A program made the position numbers and the translations under genes. A stretch of 64,000 nucleotides of DNA from Iphione sp. A-MEVVRFRX5 (Eukaryota): the NCBI GenBank assembly GCA_976226885.1, contig OZ320322.1, positions 42,036,001-42,100,000 of the forward strand, given 5' to 3'. The notes beneath the pieces are model-generated. The model was not told the origin of the DNA, searched no databases, and saw only the letters and a program-made list of their open reading frames with translations. Below are positions 26,421 through 38,478 of this stretch, piece after piece; the stretch's first letter is position 1; the number at the start of each line of letters is the position of its first letter.

Positions 26421-27903
26421 GAGATCCAGAGCCATAATTATAAAGTTTGTCATTGTACTTGTTGACAGAGGTAAATATATATATTTGTCTATAACTACAT
26501 ATATATTTTTATTAGTGTAACTTTGGAATTGTCCTAAGTTAGTAAATAATAAGGCTAGAGTCTATCAAAATCACAAACGCGGAGGAGACATCCATTATAT
26601 GAGATAAGTGTCAAGGAAGCATATCTAACGAAAACAAATACACAAAATATTTTGCTCGACACATCTGTCCCCATGAAGGCTTCAACCAGTGTGGGAGAAC
26701 CAGGTAGCCCAGCACCCACTGGTTTTAACGTCCACACCCTATCGGGCTCTTTGAATCTGCCTAAATTTATCATTTTTCTTTCTTTTTGGCATTTTTTCAT
26801 CAAATTCATATCTGTGACACTCACAGCTCGCTTTCAAAGGACAGTATTGGACAATAGAGCCAATTATAAACATCTCACAAAAAGGACAGCAAAGCTAAGC
26901 GGTAAGCTAATCTCCTCACAGGAACTGTGCACTACTCGACTATGTCCCTTCGTCAGATGGATTGGTTTTGTTGCTAGCCTCATTAATTTTGATAAACTAT
27001 TGTGTTACAAACTCAAAAGGATATAACTGCATATACATGTATGGAGAAAATGGTCCATTTTCTAATCAAGTTAGATAAAATGCTGTAATTTTTGTCTTTT
27101 GTGTTAAACTCGTGCAAAATACATACATATCAAGGCACAAAAGGCAGTACCTACCATTCAATGTATTCTGCCTTTTTCTGTCAGTATGAATTAACAGCGC
27201 ATTCTACCTTTTGGTTTCGTATGGCTTGGTGGTATCACAAATCAAGCTTGAAGTTACTAGCATAGTTATAATAAACGACCCTTTATTTACAGAACGATGG
27301 TGAAAGAGATATTTAAAGACATTTTCAAGGAAGCAAAACTTGTATTTTTGAAGTAATTTAACATGATCTAACATGTTCTGTTTCATCGAGTTCTATAAAA
27401 AAAGTTTGAAAAGGTCAGCTGGCAAAGGAAATGCACGTCATTTAATCTATCAAATGCTGTACATGGCAGAAACTACCCGCTGTACACGGTATTTTAGAAT
27501 CATTCCCTTGTTCTCTCCTTCAAACAACGCAAAAAGGTATACTTCCGATCTAGCTCATCACAACGTCAGACGTCTCTCAGTTTCACCTTTTCGGATATAC
27601 TGTTTTTATGTTGTGAGGCAGCATTGTATTTTACTGCTTGATGGGGGCCGATGGGTGGTTTTGATGTCAGGTAAATACCTAAATGAACATTTGTGAAGAC
27701 ATGTAAATGTACATTAATTACCGATTACGATGGGATCAAACGCAGACGTTTGACTTAGAGATAGAACAAAAGAGTAGCAGTCCAGGTATATAGACCAAAT
27801 CACCTGATAATATTGGATAAGAGGATGCAAACAAAATTGACGGAGCACTGGCGCGTTGCCTTACAAATTGTTGTTCCAGCCGATGGCTGGATGAGCAACT
27901 CAC

Positions 27904-28122
27904 GTGAATGGTGCGGTAGATGTTGAACACGGTCTCACGGTCCATGTCTGAGCACTTGCCGTATCCCGCCCGCTTCACGTTGCCCCAGCGGCCGGGCAGC
28001 GCAAAGTTGAAGCCGCGCTTCCCGTTGCCCCAGTTGCCGGGTAGAGAGAAGCTGAACTGGGCCTGCGAGCACTGGAAGGCCAGGACAGCTGCCGCAATGA
28101 GGACGAGGAGTGCTCGGTTCAT
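27904..28122 (-). CDS. GnRH/AKH/corazonin-superfamily neuropeptide precursor, first coding exon: signal peptide + two tandem peptides + start of associated peptide
   Basis: MNRALLVLIAAAVLAFQCSQA (signal peptide) / QFSFSLPGNWGN-G-KR / GFNFALPGRWGNV-KR / AGYGKCSDMDRETVFNIYRTIH, ending at CAC|GTGAGT (27903). Acceptor CCCTTCCCAG at 28143 just upstream of the ATG. pQ-F-x-F...W-G pattern is GnRH/AKH-like; it resembles, from memory, the annelid peptide pQFSFSLPGKWGN-amide. Confidence 0.92.
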
Positions 28123-28860
28123 GACGAGGTTTGTGTGCGGTCCTGGGAAGGGGTAGGGTGTGTCTGCAAGCTATCCTGAGAATATAATCATCGGTTCTGA
28201 GTTATGAGCGCAACAGATAGGTTTGTAAGTGAAATGATTTCATCTGGTCCCCGGGGCCTTTAAGGTTTGCCCCTCATTTCAAACATTTAGAGCACTACTC
28301 TTGGGAGCCGCTGTCCCCACAGAGTGAAAGAAGTTCCATATCCTGTAGCCCTACAACTGTGGAGTGTGCAATGGAGAATGTAGATGTAGAGTGTTCCAAC
28401 AGGAGACTACTTGCATGTAGAACCAAAATATAGCAGCAGTTGCAGTGGAGAATTCACCAAGGACAGCTAGAACATCAGGTATAGGCTGACAACCCTCATA
28501 TATGGTTAAAATCTTTCGCTTTTACTGCACCATTTATTTGAAAAGAAAAAAATACATAAAATGGTTTGGTTTCACTTAGCCTGGGAAATTGTTACCATGA
28601 AAGACTCGGGTAAAAATACATTTGTATGGGCAGACAAACGATACCTTACCTTCTAATACGACCATCTCGATGTAGCCAACAATCACTGACATCTATAAAG
28701 TGCTAAGTGCATTTTGAACGGTAAGCATGTAGCTTATGCAATCGGTTTTGCGATCGATCTCAACGTACGAAGATCGATGCTAATTGTGACTTACAGTTAA
28801 GCGTTGCATATGACTTACCGTGATGTTTCTCTTGAATAAAATGCGTAGAGTATCGCTTAC

Positions 28861-28894
28861 TTTGAAGTTTCTCCTCAACTGCTCGGTCGTAACT
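28861..28894 (-). other. Predicted non-coding exon 1 (5'UTR) of the neuropeptide gene
   Basis: Inr-like TCAGTT (A at 28894) followed by donor AAA|GTAAGC at 28860; alternative donor CG|GTAAGT at 28818. Confidence 0.55.
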
Positions 28895-28927
28895 GAAGTC
28901 TAACGGCATGCTTTCCCATCTTTTATA
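28891..28927 (-). promoter_or_regulatory. Core promoter: TATA box (TATAAAA, 28927-28921) plus TCAGTT initiator
   Basis: TATA starts 33 nt upstream of the Inr A; both are oriented toward the neuropeptide ORF and followed by splice donors. Confidence 0.6.
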
Positions 28928-29407
28928 GTTCGCCAGTGTATTTCTTTTTGTCGTTATGCTCGGCCTTCCCCGCCTACCAGGATGTAGGAAAGAATACCAG
29001 AACGCAACTTGGGGCGAATTTCTTTATTACTCGCTGCAGACGTAATGAATGGGAACGGATCCCATATGAGGGCGCCCGAAGTAGCGGGCCATGGTACGTT
29101 GAGGTGGTCGTTTCCTAATCCCAGGAACCGCTTCCTTTTGGACCTATACTTCTCGGGCAACTCCAACATGGCCGCTTTCCGCCGGCTGTCGCGCAAGCGG
29201 GGCAGGTCGATCGCTTCCTGTTGACAGCAGGCAACGATCAGCAGGTGATGGTTCACAAAGCGGCCGCCTGTGTCGCCCCGGGCGGCGGCATGGGGAGATC
29301 CCTCTATGGGCGGAGGTTGAAGGTTTAAGAGTGGACACTGGTTGCTGCTCAGAGCTGACCTTTGTAACGTAGGTCAACGAAAGAAATTTGTACTGAGGTC
29401 CCTTTCC

Positions 29408-29415
29408 TGACGTCA
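29408..29415. promoter_or_regulatory. Perfect CRE (TGACGTCA) about 0.5 kb upstream of the neuropeptide TSS
   Basis: Exact palindrome within a CpG-rich proximal block (about 29050-29450). Confidence 0.35.
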
Positions 29416-30635
29416 TCGGTCCACACAAAGAAGGTCTCCGGTGGACTGGAGGAAGCATGTGAATAATTGATACCAATCCTTCCTTCGTAGGAGATTTTTC
29501 TTCGTGGCTAGCTCCCTGCTTAAATTTCAGCTCGAGCACAACACCACAAATTGACCAAAGAATGCCACACGCACATTATAAACACACAATTTAAAAAAGA
29601 AAAATATTAGACTTTATTGCATTGAATAAGAAAACTTTGGGACACCAGATTTATGCAGCATCTAAAATAGATTATTGACATGTTCAGCACAAGATGCCTT
29701 AGCTACACTGTGAATGTATTTCTTTAATAGTTAAATATCATGGATAGTACATCAGCTGTCCTAATAGCACCGTATAGCGAGTATTCTTCAAAACGCGGGA
29801 TGCTATTACATTCAAATGTTCATATTTTGATCCGCGGGCCTGCTCTAGCTACCAATAGAGTAACATTCCATCAGCTAGGGACAAATTCTGCTAGGAGAAT
29901 CGAAGTGCCTTCCTATCTCATTACACGTTCATAACAAACTCAACTTTTGCTCACCAGACATCTTTCTACACAAAGAAATGCCATTTATCTTAAAACAGCG
30001 CTGGTGTACCAGTTAAAATGTTTCACAGCTAGGTCAAGATTTCTCCCTTCATACAGTGGACTCGCCATGTGTGAAGACGTCTGGGAAGCGGCCGCCACGC
30101 AAATGCAACCAGATTACTAAACAATTAGAGTATCTGCCAATAGGTATCACGTCTCTAACATGACTACAGCTTTTAAGGTAGGATTTTCCTAACGCCGGCT
30201 CTTTTCCGGCACAAACTATATTCTCTTTCTAGTAAGCAAGTGCTAAGTATGCCTATTAAAGTTCGCCCGCAAGAGTCATTGCCATGAATTATACATATGT
30301 TTGCAGCCACGAACATGTCTGTGACGTTTCTGTATGTTTCTTTCAGAGGACTGACACTTAAAATTCAATAAATCACATATCAACAGCATAGATCAGTATA
30401 ATGTTGTACTGGAGGCAGGTTTGCTTGCTTGGAGTAAAGGCCGTAACCCTAATGACTTCTGAAATATCGATGTAAGTGAGTCAGGGATTTCAAAATGAAC
30501 TCTGGTGCAGTAACCCATTCCAGTCTGGTAACCTGTTTTGATCTGGTAATGCTTCTCGAAGAAGAACTAGGACTTAGAGAAATACATGTTATGTAATCTG
30601 CTACAAGTAATAGACATTGTTTTTTGAATAAACAG

Positions 30636-30671
30636 ACACACACACACACACACACTCTCTGTCTCTCTCTC
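30636..30671 (+). repeat. Compound (AC)n/(CT)n microsatellite
   Basis: acacacacacacacacacactctctgtctctctctc, just after an AATAAA; possibly inside the 5' LTR of the Gypsy element. Confidence 0.75.
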
Positions 30672-30804
30672 TACATTTTGCGAGTGACATCCAGCAGAGT
30701 TCTGCATGTGTTATGGACCAGATATTTTTTTGTAGACATTCTTTATTTCCTAGATGGACTGCAGTGTACGCCATCAGTCACTGGACCAAGATCACGTTAC
30801 AGTT

Positions 30805-30822
30805 TGGGGGTAGCAGTGGGAT
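30805..30822 (+). other. Primer-binding site complementary to tRNA-Leu 3' end
   Basis: TGGGGGTAGCAGTGGGAT versus TGGTGGCAGCGGTGGGAT (15/18), 3 nt after a GTTACA LTR-type end at 30796-30801. Confidence 0.6.
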
Positions 30823-32900
30823 CATCTCTAAGAGGAAGAGACCAGAACAGAAGATAATACAGACTTGTTCATTTAATGAGTGATGGGCAATGGTTCAGAA
30901 AGACGGGATTGAGCAAGTACCTGTGGAGGATCCAGAAGCAGTAGCAGAGGCTTGTAGAATAGGCGTGAAGGAAGCAGAGCAAGAAGGGGAGTTAGAACAG
31001 GTTCCAGGAGAAGAGGACCAATCCAAAGATTTGGGGCAACCAGGTCCCAAGCAAGGGCAAGCAACAAAAGAACAACGATCCTTGGCAGAGGCCAGCCCTG
31101 TCCTTGAGTGTGCAAATGAGCGCCTACTTCTCACCAAAAAGTCCACCTCAAAAGCACTGGAACTACCCTCTTGTTTTACTTTGATCAAGCCAGATTGATT
31201 CAATGGGAAAACAGACTTGGAAGGATGGCATTCTCAGTTCAAGGGATAGGCCAGTGTCAGCAATTAGGACAAGGAGACTGAGAAGAGCATGCTGATGTTG
31301 TCCTGGACAGGAGCAGCCTGATCCTTTTGCACAGACTTAAATTCTGCAGAACCTTCTACATACCAGAAGATTATATAGGTCTTTCTGGATTGGTTTAGAG
31401 AAGGCTGGGAGAAAGTCTAAGCAGTTAAGATACTAGCAACACTACGTCTGAGCAAAAATCAGACTTGAACAGGGTTAGCAAATGGAATCTGGAGATTGAT
31501 GCACCAAGCATACCTGGATGTTGATCATGAGACATGAGACTTGCTCTCCGTGGCCTTTTTAGCAAGCTCTTGGGGACAAGCTGGAACTCATTTGTATGAG
31601 GAGAGATGTGAAAACCCTAGACCAAGGTGTCTGGATTGTGGAAATAGATGAGCAGTATGTCCAATAAAAGAAAATCTGAGCTGTCCAGGTAGAAGAGAAG
31701 ATGGCTAAAAAGATCAAGAAATTCAAAAAAGAATTTGAACAAAGGTAGAGGCACAAGGACCACCCAGATATCAAAATAACAATGGTAACCAGAATCAGAT
31801 GTCCTCCTCCGGGAATAGGTAAAACTAAGGTAAGAGTATTATCAAAGGATAAAATACAGAATGTAAGTTTGTCTGTTGGCATCGTAATTCAGAGAAATAC
31901 TTCAAAGGGGACTGCCCCTGTTTGAAAGGCCCTGAAAAGGCACAGCAAGGGAAAGGGAAACAGCAGGGAAACTCCCAGGTGCCAGCAGCCAAGACAAACA
32001 AATAGGCAGTGACGGAGACAGGCTTGTATCTTCCAGCAAACATAGGGGGACAAGCAGAGGATGGCCTAATAGACACTAGTGCAGAAGTTTCTTTAGTAAA
32101 GGAAGAATTTTCTGAAAATTGGGCTGGTGCAGAACAAATAAAGCTGACAGGAATTACTAGGGAATTAATTCCAACTTCCAGGGTGTATTCCAGGTCCATG
32201 TTGACGGACATTTCTATGAGCCTCTGGTGGTAGTTGCAAATGTGGAAAAAGAGGTCATTCTTGGAAAAGACTTCTTGCAGGAACAAGAAGTAGTAAAGAA
32301 GTAGAATTAGGAAGATATATACACAATGTAGCATTAAAAACGGAAAGTAAGTTTATTAAAGCTAAAGATTTTGAAGATTTGCCAAAATATCTCCAAGATT
32401 TGTATAAGCTTCCTTAGAAGGATTAAAAAGAAGAGCAGAGGAAAAACGTTAAGACAGGAATAGTAGAATTCAAGATAACCTTTTTTTCCAGAGTTGGAGA
32501 TATAGGAAAGGCAGGAGTCATTAGGCATAGTATAGATGTAGAAGGACACCCTCGTATTAACCAGGAAGTCTTGTGGCTTCCCTTAGGTAAACAAGAAGAG
32601 CAGAGATTAGTTCAAGGGATGGTTGAAGAGAGAAGTTATCAGAAAAGGCAGAAGTCTATAGGCTAATCCCGTTGTAATGGTTGGAAAAAAAGATGGAAAT
32701 ACACACTTCTGTATGGACTAGCAGAAGTTAAATGATATAACCAGCAAAGATGCCTCTCCACTACCTTGAATAGATGACTCCTTGCATACTGTACATGAAG
32801 CAAGTCACTTTTGTTCACATGATCTTACTAGTGGATACTGGCAGGTGGATATAATGGAAGAGAATATTCTGAAAACTGCTTTGTCACCTGGTTAGGCCTA

Positions 32901-33090
32901 GATTACTAGCTTCCTTTTAATATAAGGTTCGTTCACATCTTAGCAGTGAAAGTGACATTAGCATATACATTTGTTGTCTTTAAGACACTTTAACATTGAA
33001 AAATTAGAAAATTAAAAAAAATGCGACCTACTGAGTGACCCTATATATTTTCAGCATGTTACCGGAAACACAGATATTTCTTTTTAGATC
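32901..33090. mobile_element. 190-bp insertion in the Gypsy RT, flanked by a 9-bp near-identical direct repeat
   Basis: TTAGGCCTA (32892-32900) and TTAGGACTA (33091-33099); removing the insert restores ...TAFVTWL-GLFQF... RT continuity. Confidence 0.65.
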
Positions 33091-35850
33091 TTAGGACTAT
33101 TTCAATTTGTTGTCAAGTATTTTGGTTTAGTAAATGCTCTAGCTACTTTTGAGAGACTAATGCATGCAGCATTAGGCAAACAGACTAGGGAAGAATATAA
33201 TCATCTATTTGGATGTCATCTTAATCTTTGGAAAGACATTTGAAGAAACAATAGTGCAGTTTTATGGGCACATGAATGAACAAGTTCCACAACCAGTCCC
33301 AGTTTCAAGTCTCTTTCATGCTCATACAGCACCTCACTATATAGGGAATCATGGTCATATGACCAAATGCAGGTGTAACCAATCAAAAATAAGCATGCAA
33401 TGCTTTTGATATAATGTATCTCTCTTAAGACAGATAGAACATTGTATGATACAATATATCTCTTAAACATCAGGTGAATATTGTGGTGCCACTGATCTCC
33501 TAGAAATCTCCTAATATGGTAATGCACTTCCGTATATGGTAATGTCAGTGGCCACCAGTGATGGCACAGCAGTTTTCACTCATTGACCCCTACAGATACA
33601 GTATTTCTTATGTGCCACAGAACTGCATTTAACGAGGTCTGTCCCATTTTGTGGTGCCACGCAAGTGTACTTAGTGACACTTATTCTACTCGCTGCCAGT
33701 ACACAGTGTACTCAATGAACTCTCTAACACAGGATAGTAAATGAACTGTCATTTACTCTACAACAGAAAGACTCCAGAGAGGTTTTTAGTGACTAAAGAA
33801 TGCTGGACTGAAATTTATACCTAAGTAATATGACTTCTTCCTGAAAAAATAAATATTTTCTATGATACATTGTAGCACAAGAAGGAATCTCAGAAAATTT
33901 AAATTGTGAAAGATTCGAAATCTCCAAATGACTCAAAGGGAGTAAGAACACTCTTTGGGACCTGCTCCTACTACAGGATGTATGCATCTGATTTTGCCAT
34001 CTGCTCCTCTATAGATGTTAACCAAGAAAGATAAAAAAAAATTCAATGGGGCCTGGAGCAACAAGCCACTTTTGAAGATCTCAAGCAAGCTTTAACCAGC
34101 AGTCCCATACTTGGATATCCTAAGGCGGAAATTTAGACAAAACTATCTGGACACAGATGCCAGTGGTACTGGAATAGGGGCAGTCCTGTCACAGGATCAA
34201 GATGGTAAGAAACAGGTGATCCAGTATTACAGCCATGTATCACCAGGAAAGAGCTTCCAGCAGTGGTTTCAACAGGAAAGAAGAAGCACTGTTTATTGTT
34301 CGAACAGAAAGTTACAGTCCAGACTGATAATAATGCCAGCAGAAAACGAGAACTGCTCTGCTACATGCACAGAGTTGTGGATGGGTTGAACGGTAGTTTT
34401 CAGACTATAGATAGAATATTGAAATCCTGTTTTGAAGAACAAGGCAAAGAGTGGGATCAAACTGTGCCATTAATTCTGTGTATTTATCATACGATGCATC
34501 ATGTTGTTATTAAAGTGACGCCGTTCTGGATGATGTTTGGGAGAGACATTCTGATGGTCAGTGAAGTGCCGTAGGAGAAAGCTCCAGAACAGGTTTGGGA
34601 AGAATGGATAGGTGACGAAATGATGCTGGTGGTGCAGGAACAGATGCAAGAGATGTCAGCACTGGCGAAAAAAACATCTGAAGCTATCTGCTTATGTATA
34701 AAAGGAATCTTATGATGAGAGGGTGACATGGAGGAAGATCCCAGAGAATAGTACAATATGAACAAATAAAGAAAGGCAAAGTGAGTTTCCATAGAGAGGA
34801 CTGTACCTACTACCTTAAAAAATTGGATCTCGGGTGAGTTGTAATACAGGAAAACAAATACAGGGAACAGGATAGAAGTGCTCAGAAACGAATTTGTAAA
34901 TTTGGGGAGAAGACTATTCCGAAATGGATCAGGAAGATAATAAAGAAAGAGTTCAAGGAGACTGATCACCTCCGTCGAATTTCCTTATGACCTAACCGGA
35001 ATGAAATTTTTAATGGTCACTTTCATCCTCTGACCAACTGATGTGAGACAGGCTATGCATGGGGGAATGTGGGAAACTTACGGACTCATCGTTGGAAGAG
35101 ATCTCCACAACCTCTGGACTGTCAGAAGCCTGGGTATTGAGAGACGAGGTCGAAGGAAGACAATCCAAATAGACATCTCTGAGATAACTCTATCTATTGC
35201 TACTAGATTCAGCTCAACCAGGGAAGCTGAAAGACCGGAATATATGTCAAGATGAATTTTCCCATCATAACATAACAGCGAGCCATATCACCGAATTCCA
35301 GGAACAATGTGGAATAAATTCAATCCCATTCTTGGCACTGGACACTCTGCTTACCCTGTTGCAGAGTGTATGAAGGCAGGAAAACACAGAACTGCCTTAG
35401 ATATCCTATGTTTCTTTATATATTTGCTTCATAAGTGTTAACATTATGCTTTAATATGAACCCACGAGTAACCTATTTGCTCTGGATGTTGTGTGTAACC
35501 GTGAGGTTAAAGATTGAGGCATTATTTTCATTTTTATTACCACCACTACTGTCAAGACAGGAAGAATGATCTATAAACATTTTACGTGTTATGTATTTGT
35601 TTATTTTACCTTTACCTCAGTGCCGTGCAAACAAAATAATTAACTCCCTTAAGGAGGAGGAAAAAAAGTATTTTGATTATGTTCTGAAAGTATGCTGACT
35701 TTTGTATTTGACCCAGAAAATCCAGTAAAACTAATGAAAAACTTCGACTGGTCCACGAAACCTCTGAAAAAGTACATTTTCCAAAACAATCTTTAAGATT
35801 GAAACAACATGTATTATAATCCATCATGAAATTATCATATCATATTATAT

Positions 35851-36199
35851 TGTAATACAATTCCCTCCCTCCACCCTTCCTAGTTCCCTCCCTCCACTAA
35901 GTATCTCTCCCCAAAGATTTACACTCCAATACATTACCCTCCACTAAGCTGGTCTAATGTCCACCGAACACTATACCCCCCACATTACAAATCTTGTCCC
36001 AAGATAGTGTAACACTGGTGGACATCCAGGCTAAGATTGTGCTCATTTAGAAACTCAAAGCTTATATTAAATTCATCTATATGAAGTCCGAGCCGTATAG
36101 GGCGAACCCAACAATACCAGTCCATGAAGAGAAACTTCATTATCCAGAGGCGTGTCAAGGTTAGCAATTTGCATTCTCAGTTGACTTTCAATGATTACA
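35851..36199 (-). repeat. Probable 3' LTR (349 bp)
   Basis: On minus it begins TGTAAT (36199) right after a purine-rich tract and ends ATTACA (35851): perfect 6-bp inverted termini. No second copy is present in the window. Confidence 0.55.
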
Positions 36200-38478
36200 C
36201 AGTCTTCCCTGTCTCTGTGCTACCCTGCCCTTCCCCATGGAATGCAAGATCATCCATCCTTATGGAGGTCTGGTGAGATGCTGCCCATCTAATCCAGTCT
36301 GTAAGTGATAATGTCCATTCTGAGTTATGACATGCCAGCCCTCCAGGGGAAGGTGGCTGTTGGGTGCTGATTGCTTTGGAAGTCTCGGTGCCAGCGTTAT
36401 TGTCAGAGGCAGCGTGAGGCAGAGGGGTTTCCCTCTCCCATCCTTCCCATCCGCTGGACTGCTCATCGACGTGGGAGGAGGGCAGAACAAGGGGGATCCT
36501 TCTCATGTAGTTGGAGTATCTGTTGTTTAATGTGGGAGGAAGGCTGTCTTCCTTCGTCCAATTCTCGTGCCCCCCGCCCTCAGAGGTGGGTTCCTTCTTA
36601 GCGGGGCATGACTGGTTGATGCAGGAAGAGGGCCTGACCTCTTCCCTCCTGAGCGTAACTCCCTCCACCAGGATTTACTGGTGGTGGGGGTGGAATATGG
36701 GAGAGGGGCTCGCCCCCCCTCTCCTCGTGGTCAGGTCCTTCCATCCCCGCCAGGTAGATGCAAGAGGAGGGCCTGGCCTCCCCTCCGCCAGTGAAAAAGG
36801 GGCTGTCATACTGGAGATGGCAGGGCATGAGAGAATGGCTCGCCTCTCCACTCCCCATTAGTGGGCCCCTCTGACCCCAAAGGAGGGAGGGGGGAATTTC
36901 AAAGTCTCCAAGAGGAGCTGCATTGTTGTGGAAGGAGGGCCTATCTCCCTCCCTCCCGTTTTCATCCCCCTCTGCCCTTGGAGGGGGCCCCTTCTCGATG
37001 GCGGCATCCAAAGTTGGGTTGGTGTGGGAGGAGGGCCTGGATCCCTCCCCTCCCGGTCTGGTCTTGGCACGATCAGACGGTGGCAGGCTGGCCTGCGAGG
37101 GAGGTTAGCCGCCACCACCCTCTTTGGTTGAAGAAGGGGGGTCACCCCTCTCAGTATCTGTCGGCAACTGCCCATGTGGCACAGTTGGCTCGGAATTTGG
37201 CCTTGGGGGAGTGGCAGCCAGCCTGACAGTCCAGCACTTGGTGAGCCACTCACCTGGATTCCTCACCTCCAGACATATCTCCCATTTGGGATCCTTCATT
37301 TCAGTGGAGGAGGATGGGGCCACGGGCTCGCACACCACCATCACTCCCCTGGTATCTGCATACTGGATGTCTTGTGGGGGTTCCGTGGGGCTCCTCCCCT
37401 GGAGTCGCTCGAGTCAAAGGGTTGGAAGATGACCTGGTGGGGCGGAGGTCTGAGGTGCAAAGGGCATATTCAAGCTCGTCCACTGCAGCTAACAACCAGC
37501 CTACAGACGTTGGCATCACAGGTAGGGTGGTTGTGTGGGAAGAGTCCAGTCTCTTGATAGCCTCTTGTAGCTGGGCATGGAGAGATTGAGTGGAAGCCGG
37601 CCGGCTAATGTCTTGGGCGGCTTCCCGCCCTCCGGCTCTGCCAGCTATCTGACCTGGGGATGAGGGATTGACAAGTCATCCCCTTTCTCTTTAGCCAAAG
37701 GATTCGCCTCCGCTGCCTTTTTCCCCGCCACCGGGATGTCTTCTTTGGTTGGGGTCCCCTTCTTGATCCTTCCCTAGGGTGCTGTGCGGCCTCCTTCCTC
37801 AGGGTTCTCTTGGTGCATGATGGGCAGTGAGTGTGCACCTGGGCAGCAGAAGGAGACTTGCCTGGCGGCAAGAGGAAGCTGTCTCTTGGGCTGGGTGGTG
37901 CTGGGAGCTGGCTCATCGCCCCAAAGATACACCAGAGTGACTCCGAGGGAGGGGGTGGGGAGGGTTACCCCTGCCCTTTTTCTTCCAGGGTGGGGAGTTG
38001 GAGCTATCCCTCCTCTGCATTCTCTTATGGCGTTGAGAGGACTCGTCCTCGTCCCTCTCCTGGTGTTACCACTTTTCCTTCCTCTGACTGTGGTGCCTCG
38101 TGGAGGAGGCTTCCCCCGCAGAGGTCATCTTACTCTCCTCTGATCGTTGGCTTGAATGGCTACCCTCCACAGTTATTGTCTTTGGCTGTCCCTTCAGAAT
38201 TTGTCACCAAGGGTCTCTGTAGAACTCGTAGTACTTCTTGGAAAGCCAGGGCAGCAGCTTCTGGGAGCCTCCCTCCACAAGGTGGGCCTTGGAGTTGAGG
38301 TGGCGGCACAGATATTCCTTCGTCATGAATACTTTACCGCTACAGGCCATGGCCTCACAACCCCAGACGAACCCTTCAGTGCTGTGGGTCTAGACATGCC
38401 ACTTTAAATCATCCTGTGGTTGCAGTCCTACCCACAGATCAGGCAGTTTAAATTGTCTTCACTCTTTCCTCTGGGCAT
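36195..38478 (-). pseudogene. Decayed accessory ORF of the Gypsy element with two N-terminal C2H2 zinc fingers
   Basis: From ATG at 38478: MPRGKSEDNLN-CLICG*DCx(frameshift)PQDDLKWHV*TH-STEGFVWG-CEAMACSGKVFMTKEYLCRHLNSKAH; then Pro/Ser/Glu-rich segments and a C-terminal block (ORF 36668-36195). Confidence 0.6.

Larger units (their letters stand above)
30802..35200 (+). mobile_element. Gypsy LTR retrotransposon internal region, decayed (gag-PR-RT-RH-partial IN), with two later insertions in RT
   Basis: Decayed CCHC knuckle (about 31870-31918); protease GLIDTSAEVSLV (about 32060); RT motifs PVVMVGKKDG, HDLTSGYWQV, GLFQFVVKYFGLVNALATFERLM, IYLDV; RNase H YLDTDASGTGIGAVLSQ (about 34140); integrase C-part EWDQTVPLILCIY...TPFWMMFGR. 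Many stops and frameshifts. 3' LTR not identified. Confidence 0.88.

Noticed and set aside
26029-26520. K/E/R-rich and F/L/S-rich ORFs
   Set aside because: Purine-rich low-complexity intronic tract.
27736-27903. C-terminal 55 aa of the listed 128-aa ORF
   Set aside because: Read-through into intron after a consensus GTGAGT donor; the true C-terminus is the exon at 24159-24088.
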